Shown here piece by piece: positions 12,901 through 26,800 of a stretch of DNA of 64,000 bases. The position numbers and the translations under genes are program-made. Below the pieces are notes generated by a model. That model did no database searches. It saw nothing but the letters and a program-made list of their open reading frames with translations, and was not told the DNA's origin. This DNA comes from Eimeria praecox (lineage: Eukaryota): contig OY986946.1 of the NCBI GenBank assembly GCA_963920595.1, positions 1,116,001-1,180,000 of the forward strand, given 5' to 3'. Numbering within the stretch: position 1 is the stretch's first letter; each line of letters begins with the position of its first letter.

Positions 12901-13201
12901 AATATTGCTCTGAGTGCTTCGACTGGGTGCTTCCTTTCGCCGGATTTGCAGAAGCCAGCGTACCGGCAAGGAACTCTAAAGTTCGATGGCGGGAAATGGT
13001 GCCTCCAAAAGCAACGCCAGCCGGGGTGGATCCGAGCACTGCTCTCCCCCTTTCCCCCTCGTCCTTCATAGACTGGACGAAAGCATGGTGACTCTGCACT
13101 TTCTCCGCTTGCTTACGAAGGCATTGGTGTAGGACTGCAGAGCCAAAACCGCCGCTCCTGTTGCGGCCCTTCCCGCCCGGCTTCCCACCAGGAGGAGGCA
13201 T
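9928..13201 (-). CDS. LSG1: Large subunit GTPase 1 (circularly permuted GTPase, 60S maturation)
   Basis: LSG1 signature LTPFEKNIEVWRQLWRVIERSNLILQIVDGRSPLFFRC; permuted G motifs NKSD (G4), GYPNVGKSS (G1), PGKT (G2) and DCPG (G3); C-terminal RAAKLILRDFTTGRL. The last exon 10044-9928 (AVGGNLPCVLTKRKARQLQKQMLKGKGKSTQGGLPHRL*) is in phase with the donor at 10161. Confidence 0.95.
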
Positions 13202-13786
13202 AGGTACAGCCACGTATTCCTTCAGCCAGTGGAAATAGGCTAAATCGGTCAAATTCAACACTTTAGTGCCCGATGAAGCAGAAGATCGAAGTCTCAATAC
13301 GGCGCGGGGATAGTGGGAAGCAGCGATGATAGATAGCAAATTCCTCCAGAGTTAGCATGACAGAAGCATGCGTGCATATTTTCCACCTCTACTGTAAGAT
13401 GCTAAGTCCCAATATAGAACAGCTTTCAGTGTCATCATGCGTAGACCTTTTCGCCTCTTCAGCGCATGCGGGGCTGAACAGGCCCACGCAATGGCAGCTA
13501 TACCTTGCTGGCTCAAGCCACGAATATTTAGTGCAAAAGCTTTCCATAAATGCATTTCAATCAAGTTAAATAGCTGCTGTGAGGGCCGGGCTGAGGAGTT
13601 TTGCGCGGAGTTTCTACCTTGCAAAGCTATCCGCTGTGCTCCGGGAACGAAGTGAGATTAGCCAACGATGTGCTATCTCATTCAATATGCTCATTGCCAT
13701 TTAAATGGCTCGGAAGTACAACGCTAGATGATTCATTTAATTTCCGCCACTTGACTTTGCTTACAGGCCGGCTGTGTTACTGGAAA

Positions 13787-14686
13787 ATGGGTCAGCAGGC
13801 GTGCAAGCCGCTCCCCAAGATACTGAGGAAGGCTGGAGACCCAATGAACGTCTTCAGTGCGTCTGTAAACGGCTTCTCCAAACTCTACCTTTCCTCTGAG
13901 GATCCCGTAGCTTCCTGCCTCGGTTTCAGCATAGTCAGACGTGCAGCACAGGCAATAGCCGTGGTGGACAGGGGCACTAACCCTTTTCGTCGTTTTCATT
14001 GCGCCTCTGTCTTCGACACCGCGTCTCTTGGGAAGGGCATACCAACTCTCTCCTTGTTTTTGGTTCGTGCTGCGTCTCTTGTTTCAGACCTTCCATCTGT
14101 CCACCAAGAGATTGTATACCCCACGCACAAACGCACTCTTAACTTTTCAATCTGCAGATGTTGGCAGTCGAGTGAGTTCGGTGTGCGCTTGCTCCTCTAA
14201 AGCTGCGTTCCTTTCTGCCTTCAGCAGGGGCCTCGGCCAGCTCAGTTCAGCAACAGATGTGATTCTCCAGAAATCAGGGTTGTGTTTCCCTACTCTCGTT
14301 GTTATCAGCCAAGTTTCCAATATGCGACAACTCACACAAGGTTCTGCAGAAACAGGGGTGCAACTGTGGTGAGGCATTCCCCTTTCATGGCCGCTTGCCG
14401 TTTTAGGTCTGCTGCTTTTTGACATCCGAAGCCTGCGTGGGTCCAAGCATCACCTCAGCAGCAGCAGGTGGTATTTTTCCTTCCAGCTGCCCAACCACAA
14501 AAAGGGCAGGGAAGCTCGATTTGCCTGCAATGCACTGCAGGCCCGGCCATGCTAGAAGTGCGGCAAGCTCCAAGCGTTGTGGAGCCCCGGGAGTTCAGAA
14601 GCACTTCTGGAAATAGCAAAGAGCAACCGTCAGCGGGAGTCTTATTTGGCGGTGCCGCGTCTGTGGCTGCTGCAGTAGCGGGTTAG
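13787..14686 (+). CDS. Possible small spliced gene starting MGQQACK (uncertain)
   Basis: aaaATGg start context at 13787, several pyrimidine-rich CAG/TAG acceptors, and a protein-like terminal frame (QASPQQQQVVFFLPAAQPQKG...AASVAAAVAG*). I could not build a complete exon chain. Confidence 0.22.
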
Positions 14687-17123
14687 CTAGTGGTGGTTCG
14701 ATATAAGATTTACGCAGCTCTCCTTATCTGCATGATCTCCATAGACGGATACTTGTTCTGCGCCCTCGTTATCTGTTGGTTGGGTGTAGCGGATATGCCG
14801 AGGGTGTGGCTTTGTGTCCTTGTCTCATGCGTGTTCTGAGCGCTCGTGTTAATGCGCATTTCTTCAGTCAATGGCATATAGCTTTTGCAAACCAACATGC
14901 AGTTTGTGTGCTTGCTTCGTGCATGTCGCAGCCATGCTACGTGCGTTGGGCCCTCGTTTGCTCAGCTACCTGCGTGGGCCACTTCTGTCTCCAGTAGAAA
15001 CCAGAAAAGCAGAAGCGGTGCAGGGCGGAGGTTGCTTTCCTGTGTGCTTATCTATACTCTCATATCCATCTTTCGGCTGCATGCCTCCCCTTTGGGAGCA
15101 GCATGCAACTAGCCCGCAGCGCTGAGTCTGCCACAGCGTCTCTTGTGTCTGTGTTTGCAGCTGGTGGCCACGCATTAGGATACTTTTGACTTAGAAGCGA
15201 GCACGCGCAGTCGAGCGAAAACAGTGCGGGAGTTAGACACGTTCGCCTCCCGGAATTCAAACTGGCGGCTTATGCGAAATGACTTTAGTCATTCCCTGAA
15301 GTAGTTCATTTGTTCTCAACTGAAGCATGGATTTTGATAAACGGCAGTGTTTGCAAATTTGGATCTGCGATCTATTTGATTTGGCGGAATCATCGACCGG
15401 ATTGAGGCGCGCATGGCTGGAATACCTGACTTCTTGCGTCGCACTGACGCTCCCTGCGTGTGGTTTTAAGTGGGACGTAACACGCAAGATTTCTTGTTTG
15501 TTCCTTCAATTCACCAAATGCACAGCGGAAGCGGCGGTGTAGGCTTGCACTCCGTGTCCACGGGTGCTAAAGTCTTGCAAGCGTTGTTCAGATTATTGCT
15601 CTCAAGTGCACGGTGTATGCAGACAATTTGTAAACTTCGTAGGCGGTCAGGCTTGAGCGATACCTTCCCCGAGCTACAGCCGAAACAACACACTAACACA
15701 GTACAGCGCGACAGCACGCAGCCTCTACCCCGCATAACTACTGCCAGGGCAACATTCTTGATAGCTTACGTGCTAGCATGCGTGCACTGTTGCATTCATC
15801 TCTGGGTTTTTTATTTGGAACGGAGTGCATCCCTTGCCAGATCGGCCAACGTTGAGAGGAATTTACTTCAAAAAAGCCTGTGGGCGTGAAGTGGGCGCCA
15901 CAGCGACGAGGAAAAACCTTCACACCAGCTTCATCATCATCAGCTTCATATCAGTGCTGTTTTCAACTCGAGTACCGGACACTTTTAAAACCATCGCCGG
16001 TGAAGCATCAAAACCTGTCAGTAGCTTATGCTCAGGTTGGGCCCTCTACAGCAACTAAGCCTAGAGGGGCCGTTCGGCATAATCTAAGGTAACTTAAACG
16101 TATAAATAAGGCGATACTGTGTTGTGCCGTGGTAATAGCTCTCATAAGGACTAAAGTCCTCTGTGACGCTTCGCGAGTCAGATGTTGGTCGTGCGTTCAA
16201 AGTATGTATTGCTTTAGGAATTGCGGCGTCCACTAGGCTCGCCTTTAGCTCACATATCTATTACTCCCCTTAACAAAGCCCGCATTTCCTGTACTGGTGT
16301 TGTTGCTAATAATACTAATAAGGCCATTTGTCATTGATACGCTGCCGTCTCGCCTTGCGGACACTGTTTGCAGTATGGCGACTGTTCTGTGCTTGTGCTT
16401 GCACCATATCACCGGATTCTTCGGAAACATATTTCTAAAGTGCTCCGAAAAAGGAAGGCACAGGCCTCTGTACTCTCCGCAGCCAACCATGCATGGACAT
16501 ACCTCAACTGATTCCACCGTCTTCTTTTTGACGCCCGCTGACCGTCTACAAATAACTGGATTGAATCCTGCCGCACTCCATGTGCTGATTGTCCTGCAAT
16601 TTTACCGCTGTGCATTTTCCCGTCCACATCAAAAGAATGTGCTGCGTGCAAGTTCTGCAACAGAGGCAACGCCTGCGCGTGCCGAACGCACACGACGCGC
16701 GTGGTGTTTTCACCATGGGTGTTTTCCTGCAAGTGCCTCTTTGACCGTCAATGCTGCAGCATCATTAGCGTACAACTGATATAATAGATGAAACAAACCC
16801 AGAGCAACCGCAGAGAATCATATGATTATTCATTTCTTTTCATCTATATAGTGAGGGGAGGGGGGGGGGGTGGAGACCAGCGCGGTAAGAGGAGAGAAAC
16901 AGCAATGTCTCTAGGTTCACATCCCGTCACACGATTACATACAGACTTTGCAAAACATACGCGAGCTTTTGCTTGGGGGAGAAACAAGCTGTTCAGCCCC
17001 GTTTCGCAAGAGGCCGCGTGTAGCCGCATGAGCACACATGCACTCGATAGTTAGGTCCAGCAGAAACCGAATTTGTTTGGAAGCATCTAATTCATATTTC
17101 ACATTAAGTATGTGTGTATAACA

Positions 17124-20100
17124 ATGGCCTTGTTCTGGCTAGCCCAGTTTAGGGCCCCACTTCGTGGGGCCTCTCCCGCGGGCGTCAGGTTCGAAGGGGC
17201 ATCCAGGGCTATTTGTTCCTTTCAGCATTTGCCTCGGCAAAAAGGACTTATCATGCCTCCCCAGACTCGAGGATATGCTAATATGAGCGATGGATGGGGC
17301 TTCAAGAAGGTTCAGTACACGAAATACCGCATCACAAAGCCGTGGACAACAGACACACAGTTCGACGATCTGCTCCTTTCTGAGCCTGCAAGGTCAGAAC
17401 TTCTATCTCTCCTGGCCTCACAAGACTCAGGCAGTGTAGTTAACGCCGGATGCTTGACTCTGGGCTTTTAACGCTAACGGCGCTAACAGCGTCCTTGGCA
17501 TTCCCTTCTTGCCACCAAATATTCCTTGCCGCTGGCGAACCAGCGACGCCTGCCGCACAAGGAGGATATAGCTTTGCTCACATACCGTCGGTTCTTCCTT
17601 ATTTGTATCGTGTTGTTAGGCTTCTTGTGCATGAGTAGAGACGCCCTGTGTGTGACTCCAACAGGGACAGCCTTGCCAAATTCACAAAGGAAGCTCCGCC
17701 CTTTCTCCGGTTCTTAAAGCTCATAACAGATGTGGAGAACAGGCCTCGTGCATTCATTGAATTTGCAAAGAGGTACAGCGAGCAGTGATGCCTGCTGGAT
17801 GCTGAATAATTGAGCAACCTTGCACTTGACACTACGTCGGTCAGATCAGCAGTCATGGCGCTCCTTTCCTGTGAAGGGCAAATCGTAAATAATCTCATAC
17901 CAGCCATAAGGCGGTGGATAAGTCATTCATTGTGTTGCATAACTCTTGATTACATGTAATTATGCTGACTAAGTCAGTCGTGCTTTTGCCGTGTGTGACA
18001 CAGATGCGAAAACGGTCTCGTAGTGGAGAAGGATGTCTTTATAACAAAAGACGAACTCATGAAATGCATATGGGAAAATGGATACTCTCAGAATGAAATG
18101 AATGCATTTGAGTTTGCATTCCCTGCTGACTACAAATTCCATTACCCCGGTGAGTTGTTCTTTGCCTGCACAGGAGAGGAAGGCCAAGGATTGGGTCACC
18201 GAAAAGCAGAAACTGATGCAGATCCTTTCCTCAGCAGCAGAGCTTCGTCTCCTGTTTGTGCTGCTGTAGAGTTGGCGGTGTTGTTTGACTTGCCCGAAGA
18301 GGACTGTTACAAGTATTGCATCCGTCAGAGGGCAAAGACACCAGAAAAGCTCGTGGAGATCAAATATGAGAAGCCGAAGAACCTTGTGAGCCTGTCATAG
18401 ACGCGTTTGCCTTTTACGAGGTCTAAACTTTGAGTGATTGCCTGCAGAAGATCAAAGCAGGTATCTGAGGTGCGGTTGTGCAGCTGTCGAGCTATGGAAT
18501 TTGCTTCCTCGGCGTCTGGTATGGTTTCTCTAATCAAGTCTTGAGCAACGCCTGGTTCTATTCGAAAACGTTTCCTTTCGGCGCAGTGTTTTACATGCTG
18601 GCGTCTTACTTCTAGTGAGCACCATCCTGCTATTAGGGCGACTCCAGCACCGACAGGCGCAGGTGAAAGCAAGTAAACATTGAAGACAACTAAGCATGCA
18701 TTGAGTTGCTCCGTTTGTAACTGCAGCCGAAACATCCGTGAGTACTTGTGGAAAGAAGAGAAGGCAATGATCGAGGGTGCTAAAGACCGAAAAGACACCG
18801 GCGAAGAACTGGTTCACAGCCAATTGAAGAAATATGCAAATGATGCTCGTTGCCTTGAATATGTTTCCTCGTTTAAAGATGAGGTTCAGCAACAGCTAAC
18901 AGAATACCATATAGCTTTGCTAGAACAAATGAGGCAAAGAATGGTGGAGCGAATTGCAAGCAAGCTCACTGCGATTCAACAAGCAGAAAAGGCAATTCAG
19001 GGCTCCCTTCAAGAGGTCATCGTGCGAGAGCTAGTAGAATCCTTTGAGAGGAAACTCGCAACAGACCCGAAGCTGCAGGATTTAGCACTGAAAGCTGCAA
19101 TTGAGGGCATCGCAGGGGAGGCTCCTTCTGTAGTAGGTTGAAAAGGCATCCCGTGGGCAGTTTGAAGCGCGGTTTCAAATACCACCTTCGCGGTTATGTA
19201 GAGCTTGCGCATTGCACATTGTGATATGCATTCGCAAGCCGACACCTACGCATGTAGACATGCCTTTAAGTATGCTTGTGTACGTAATGGGTGCATCTCT
19301 TTACCCTGGTGTATGCATATCTACTCATGTATACATCTGCACATGTACTTCTGTGTGTTTTTGTAGTGTGCCATTAAGTATGAATGAATCCTGGTTTTCT
19401 CTATCTGTACCTGTTCTAGTGCATGCAAGTCTTTGATATATGTATGAGCTTTATGAATGTGGAATGATGAAAACCGCATGCAAGCGAATGTGTGCTTGCA
19501 TGGATATGTGTATATGGATGGATGCATCTTGATGCGTCTGAAATGTGTGTGCGCTTGCTTGTACGCGTAGATATTTCAAGCGCGCTCATGAGCGTATATG
19601 TTTGTATGTGCAAGTAAATGCATGCATATGCTTGTGTTTAGTGCGCATGCTAAGGTCCTAGTGTGTGTTTAGCTTCATAAGTCTAGAGATGATTTGCCTG
19701 GACTAGACCTGTACTACCCGTGGCGAAGACAAATGCAAATGCGCGAAAGGGAAATGTGCCTGTGTGTCTGGTTATTTAGTGCACATGCTTCTATGCAGAA
19801 GATGATATTTGTGTGGGCATTCAAGTGTGCGGGCTCGGGTGTCATGCATATATTTGTAGGATCCTGTAGGGGCTCACTTCATGGCTGCTTTGAAGGAACT
19901 TGAAAAAGCTGATATTGCAGAACCGAAGCCAACAGGCAGCGGATCTATCGTTGAAAGAGTGTCGGCGGTATTTCAGCTTCGTGAACATGAGTTTCTTCAA
20001 TCGTTTACCGTCAGGTATTGCACTCATGACGAACGCAACTGTGTGCTTACTCACTGAGCAGATTCAAAAGCTCCCCTGTGGAAATTGAGCAAACCGAAGT

Positions 20101-20788
20101 ATATTCGTGCGGGGTGCTCCTGAATTCAGTCCAGAAGAAGCCAACGAGGTGAAACAGCTCGTTGGAAAATGCAAGTCTGGTGACAAATATGACTTTTCCA
20201 AGCTCTCGGAGAAGGATGCAGCGAGGTTGGACGCCCTTCAACTAAGCATCCTCGATCGGTGAGCAGTCCAGCAAAACCTTCGCCCAGAATTGAGGGATTA
20301 TGTGTGCAGTTTCTATGAAGATCACTCATATGCTTGTGCCTACGCAGCGTTGGGTATACGACCATCATGGAGGACGACGTCAAGCCGCTGAAAGCAGTTG
20401 GCCCCTCTGGTGAAGCTCTTGTCGAACATGTTAACAACCAGGTGAGCATCAAAGGAAGTTGCAGCTTACTCAAGCGACGTTGAAGATGAAAGGGTCATAC
20501 GAAAGCATGTATTTTTTTCCTAGCATGTCAATAGCCCTTGGGTAGCAGCTTGAAATGTGGGAGTTCAATATTGACATTCGGCCTATTTTCGACAGGGGGG
20601 TTTATTTGCCATGACGGTCGCTGTTTGGGCAGTAGGGATACCCTACTACTACTGCCCGTTTTGCATATCTGTCGCCAAGGTGAGAAGAAATACCAATGCT
20701 TTGGTGTGCTGCGTGACTTCAGCTAGCAATGGCCAAGCAGAAGATTCGAAATGCTAGATTAACATCATTCGCAAGGTCATTTGCATAG
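17124..20788 (+). CDS. Apicomplexan mitochondrial ATP synthase peripheral-stalk subunit b (ICAP2-like)
   Basis: Arg-rich presequence-like N-terminus. The spliced product KYRITKPWTTDTQFDD...FPADYKFHYPELAVLFDL...LSNAWFYSKTFPFGAVFYML...IQQAEKAIQGSLQEV...DPVGAHF...IRNARLTSFARSFA* closely follows the Toxoplasma subunit b sequence as I recall it. The introns I checked are GT-AG and in phase. Confidence 0.88.
19200..19660. repeat. Purine/pyrimidine-alternating, TGCA/CATG-rich low-complexity tract in the 727-bp intron 19133-19859
   Basis: Dense TG/CA/AT alternation, with TGCATGCA at 19420 and 19619. Confidence 0.7.
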
Positions 20789-21291
20789 AACTGGTCTATT
20801 TTCCAGGCCTGAATGCATACGGCCAGTGCATGGCTGTAACCATACTGGATATTTAAATATGGTTGATCACAGTGTGCTTCGTAACTATAGGATGGTCCAA
20901 GTTGGAACATCCGCTTTCTTGAACTTCAGCGGGGAACTAATTTCCAACTCCATCCACTCGTTGCCTTGTACATACTAAAATGCAAATACAAGCTCAATAT
21001 TTAGATACCATGTGCAGATACTAGTTCAGTACTTAAATAGTAGCTACACTGAGGCGTGACTTAAAGCTTTCGACGATGGTGTTAGTTTTACCAACAAGAT
21101 TAGTGACCGGGCTGTCTGCAATGAATCCAGCTTGCAGCAAGCTGCGGTGTCTTGACACTGCGCTCGGACCTCCGAGCTGAACACCCACGATCGGCACTTC
21201 ACAAAGAAACGCGGATCGGAACATTTGTTGCCGATTAAGCCCAAGGCAAATTTGCATCCAGAATAACTTACCTCTCAGGCAGCTAGTGGAA

Positions 21292-23676
21292 ATGAGAGGA
21301 ACTGCCGTGCGGACCGCCTTTAGCGGCCTCGAGGAGGTTCAAGCCGTGAGTAGCATACAGCTTTCCTTCTGCTTAACTGAGGCTAATTTATGTTTTCCAG
21401 GCTGCAGGCACAGGGTACGATAATCAGAGTGTCTTATACTGGGGAATAGCTGGTCATTTTGTTGGTCGCACGACCTCAGGGAAACGAGTGATGGATTGCT
21501 TCCGCATTTGGCGGACTCACACTTCTGGAAGAAGCTTTCCTTCACTCAGTTCGTTATGTAAGCTGAAATATACTGCCCATGCACGCTTAAGCTCTTTTCC
21601 AACAAGGTACCACTCAGATATCTTGTCGGTTTCTCGGAGGGGCTTACGCATCTCGCCGCCCTTGCAATCTACTACATGCTCAAGGATGATCTAGGTGAGT
21701 AAAATTAGAATGAAAATACAACGGATAGATTCAACAAATTTCCGCTTCAGGCCTAAGTCCTCCGGAAGTCTCAGCTCTATTTATTGCGCCAGCCCTTCCA
21801 TGGGTCTTCAAGTAAGCACACACGCGTACCGGTTATTATAATAGACCGTGCATTGCCTTCCGCAGGCCAATTTTCGCATTCGTTTCGGATTCGTATCCTC
21901 TCTACGGTTCCCGCCGAAAGCCCTACATGATCGCCTTTAGCTTGTTGGAAGGAATTGGCTTCATCATGCTGGGAACATTCCCCACACACGTGCGTGTGCT
22001 AGCCCTTTTTCCCATCATTTAGAGGACAAACATCCTGGTGTCTTCAGATTTTGACGGCTTTGATTTCCCTTTTTATAATATCGGTAAGCGCTAAATGCAG
22101 AACATGGCCTGCATTGCATTGTTCAAACTGCGTTTTTCAGATTTCCGCTGCGTTCTGCTCAGCAGTGGCCGAAGCCCTAGTTGTTGAAACTACCGCAGGA
22201 CGATCGATGGACCAGGTACGCTTTTCAGCTGAAGGAATTGTTAGGCGCATTTTGAACCCCTCGCCTCTTCAGAGCGCAGAGAACGTGTCTGACTTCATAA
22301 CTGCCAAAGCAGTTGGAAGTCTTATTGTTGCCTACTTGTCGGGCTACTTGCTCGAGAGGACTTCCAAGCAAAGTAAGACAAGAACAAATTCCTGTTTCTT
22401 TATAGATACAATATTCTTTCGCTTTTCAGGCATTTTCCTGGCCACTTCAATATTCCCCCTCTTCATTGCGTTCATCACCTTCTTCATGACTGATGCTGGT
22501 GGAGCGCCCTCATACGACATGAAGACACAACTGCGGATGCTCATGGAGTTCCTTAAGCAATGTAAGGAGTGTGTGACTACAACTAGACGTCCAAAGCATC
22601 TCACCGAATCTCAGCCGTCATTTGGGGACCCGCACTCTACATTTTCGCCTACATGGCTGGGCCCGATTATGATGATGCCCTGTTCTTCTATTTCACCAAC
22701 AAACTTGGGTTTTCTCCCACATTCATGGGAACTCTAAGGTTCGTTTGTTGCCCAAAAGCCGTCCAAATCATTTGGGTCATATGCTGTGTTTCCAGGTTCA
22801 CGTACGGTATCGCCGCTCTGGTTGGAGTTGTGATGTACCGCACTTTTTTCAAGAGCACCGGGTTCCGCAAAACTCTCCTCGCCACGATCCTAGTAGCTGT
22901 GCCTATATACCTTTCACCAAGTAGGCAAGCGTATGAGAGGCTCTCTCCTAATGCGTAACTCATCTCTCTTGCAGTCATTCTCACTACTGGATTCAACAGA
23001 ACCCTTGGCATTAGCAACAAGGCGTTCGTTCTGAGTGGAGGCTTTCTCATTGAAGCCGTAAGCTAGACACGTGAATCCAAATCTAGCATAAATTATCATG
23101 CTTCTCCCCCTGGCAGACTGCTGAAATCCAACTGCTTCCACTCCTGGTTCTGACGGCGTCCATCTGCCCTCCAGGTACCAACATTTACCGTGCATGCACT
23201 TAAATACGCACCAAAATTAATTCCCCACAGGCCTTGAGGGTAGTGTCTACGCCATGATGATGTCTGTTAGGAACACAGGAGCAATGGCATCCCGCGGGAT
23301 CAGTGCGATCCTAACGTACATGGCAGGAATTACGTCCAGCAATTTCACTCATCTGACTGGATATATCATGCTTTGCGGGGCAAGCTTGTAAGTAACTGCC
23401 ATATTTGAAGTAGAACGGCACATTTAAAGGCTTGGTAAATTTATGCAGGCTCATTCCTCTCATCTTCCTGGAATATGTGTAAGCTTTTGCCACCACAATA
23501 CGAAACCACAACCAAACCTGATATTGTAATTTGCCTCAGGCCCGACGGTATGAACATTGAAATGGAGATTTTAAACAGGACACCCTGCAAAGGTTGTTTT
23601 TACAGATGCCGAGGTGGAAAGGGTGAAGAGGTATCACGACTCGCTGTACGAGAAGATTCGCCAGCAGACCGCTTGA
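21292..23676 (+). CDS. BT1-family folate/biopterin transporter (MFS); start uncertain
   Basis: YLVGFSEGLTHLAALAIYYMLKDDLGLSPPEV...LPWVFK/PIFAFVSDSYPLYGSRRKPYM (BT1 signature); SAVAEALVVE; ALFFYFTNKLGFSPTFMG; ICPP/GLEGSVYAMMMSV. Many short exons; probable last exon ends EKIRQQTA* at 23676. Confidence 0.9.
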
Positions 23677-23832
23677 GACGACTAACATTTGTCTTGCATG
23701 GTTTTGATTTCGCGTCTTCGCACGCACCTCTCATTGCAACAACTCTATTGAAGTGCACTTTCGATGGCATTGAGCATTCGTGTATCCCGGTTGTCTGCCT
23801 TGCGAACCTGATTTTACACGCAGCGACAGAGT

Positions 23833-26800
23833 CTAGCAGGTGCAAAGGCCCATCGAAACGTAGTAGCCAACCGATACAAAGTCAAAACGTTTGCAGTCAC
23901 CCACCTTGTAGATGCGAACAACCCAATTTTCCGATGTATAAACTTCCTGGAAATGCTTTAACTGGATACGCGTCGCGTCTACTTGCGTCTTCCTGGCGAA
24001 GTCAAAACCCCTAGTAGCTCTCGTGAAGTGCTGATAGCTGAGTTTATACATGAGGCTTTTCGTCAACGCGCTAGGAGCATCTCGCCCAACAGAAAACTGT
24101 ACGCACGGCACATCTCCTGCGCTACTAGTCTGTGGCATGCAGCGTTTGCGTCAAAGCCTAGTGATAAATATGCATAGACTTATTTACTTACCTGCCCTCT
24201 GGGACCCAGGAATGAAGATTGCTGGAGACTTGGGTACACGCCGGACGCTATGCGGACCATCCAGATCAGCTTGTTGAGATCGTCACTTGCAAACCTCGCC
24301 AAGCCGCCAAATACTACCTGCGGGAGCACCACCAAAGCTGCCAAACTCGCAGCGCTTCTTGTCAGCCTGCTTCCAGTTCCTCAAGTCAACCAGTCTCGCT
24401 AGCGGAATGCACTTACGAAAACATAATCCACATCCAAGTCCTGGGCAATTGCATACGCTTCGGGTTCTTCAGAAGCAAATGCCTGAAAAGTAGGACATTG
24501 GGTAGCCCAAATATGTTGCATGCGTAGAGAACATTTTACGGTGGCCACTAAACTAGCAGTGAAAGAACCCGACCAGGAATGTAAAGGGAACTTCCTAATA
24601 CTCCACGGTATGTCTGTAAAACCTAGTTGACATTTGCAACTACCGCGGTATAATGCTTTATTGAGCGTACGAGTCCAACAGTTGCGATGTGAGTGCTGTT
24701 CCAGGTATTGTTGTCCACAAATACTGTCCGGTTCCCGACTTCAGATACTTGATAACCGTAATCCCACCTGAATCGTAAAACTTCATAATTTTGGGTTAAT
24801 ACGCTAGTAGTAGCAAAACTGGGAGCAGCCATAGGCAAGGCTGTTGATCATCATGCAACCGTGTATATACTTCAACTGGAGATATTCAGAAATGGGGTGT
24901 GCAGGCGAAAATTCGAGGACTTCCTAGCAACGACAAACCAGGCCATAATTCGCGCTTTCGGATGGGTATTTTGACGAAACCAGTTGTAGGCTTCACGGAA
25001 ATCATCAGGTTTAGGCGTGTTGGAGCGACCGATGGGGCCTCCTGTGAAAAATAACTCCCCACCGCACTGCATTGAAGGAATAACTATTTGGATCGGCACA
25101 ACTGTTATGAATCTGTACGTGTGCTTCCTAGCAAATAGTATGCCCATGACACTATGCTGGACAGCATAGGAATGACAGCGAACTGTAGGTGCCCTCATAG
25201 AAGCCGGCGCATTGGGCGAACGAACCCATGAAAATGTTTCTGTTGGAAAAGATGGCCGAGGACATCCAAGTGCAGTGGACGACATACTGAGTAGAGCCCG
25301 CAGCACAAAACATCTGATGAATAGGCTGCAAACAGCCCCAAATACGCAAGAATGAGAAACCACTTCAACGAACTCGATGTGAATCCTTACCATAATGCAA
25401 AGCCAAAAGAATGCCAGTAGCACTGGTAAAGCAACAGTGAAGGGAAGCTTCGAGCCACTCAGCTTTGAAGCCTTTGTGCCAGCCTGCCAAACCCCAGAAT
25501 CTGAATTAGTAATTTGATCATTTGAGTTCCCGCAGCCTGCGCTGAGCACGCACGGAATATCTTTATGCACCGAGAAGGCTCACCGAAATTGCAGGCTGGT
25601 CCGTGACTGAGGAATGGGCCTTAGGTAGGCGGGAAAAGATTCCAGTTACGAAGACAGATGATCCAATCCCAGCCAACATTGATGCAGCAGGGGAGAGGAC
25701 GAGCATTAATCTAATCATCACAGCTGCAAACACCGTAGGGACCCATGAGCGCAAGCATTCGAATTTTTCAACAGGTTCTACGTTATATTTATTTTTCAAG
25801 ATACACACACTCGACTATCTCGTTTGCACACTGTGGAGCATGCGCCCTGATTGTGTTGCAATCACAATCGCATCTCGAAAAGGACCATACGCGGAAAACC
25901 AGGAGGGAGGTAAAACGGGGCTACTGTCCTCTGAGACTTCTTACCTGAAAAGTAGCAAGCGAGAACGCCATACAGGCCAATAAAAAATGCGCCTCCTCCT
26001 TGTCGAAGAGATATGATCAATCCCAAGGGAGCAATAAATATTATCATGTGAAGGTCAATAAAATATGTTGACCAAGTCGTCGGCTGGTGCTCTGACACAG
26101 AAGCTACGATGGGAATATGCTTGCTCGCGTAAGTTGGGTCCAACAAGGTTAGAGACCTCGGCGACCAACCTGTTTTGCCCTGTTAAGCACAAAGACACAA
26201 GCGGGAGCATCCGCACTTGCAAGGACGCCCTGTTCAAGGAGTGCAGTCTCCACCATCAATGCCAGAGCCAGGGCGTTTGTCCAGCAAGTGCCTTACCGTA
26301 AGAGCTAGCATGGCTATAACGACAAATATCATCGCTCCAGCTATCCCTAGGACCCATATCTGAAGGTGCTTCATGGACACCTTCGGAAGTAAGGCTGAAA
26401 TGCAGTGAACTGTTGCATATACAGTGACGAGTACGAAGACTCCGTGGCTCGCCATGTGCTCTGAGCTCCAAAGTGGCGTGAGGTTCAAGAAGGGAACATT
26501 CACGCACAGTGCAGTTATCATCACGTAGAATACTACATATGCCACCTGGTGCCTAGGGGTCATCAAGCCAAGCATGCAAAGAGCGACCATATGAATAGCT
26601 ATAGCATTAATCAGGAACACATAACCCCCCCAAGCTGTAACCATGTATGCAGACGGTATAGCTGCTAGAAGCGCTGAAAGCATTGAGCCCCTCTTAACCG
26701 CCCGCGTCCACAAGTAGAACCCCAACAGCATTGCAAATATCGCGATGCATTCGTTGTCATAGGATCCCACTAACGACGTCTTAACGTAGGCAGGCGAGAT

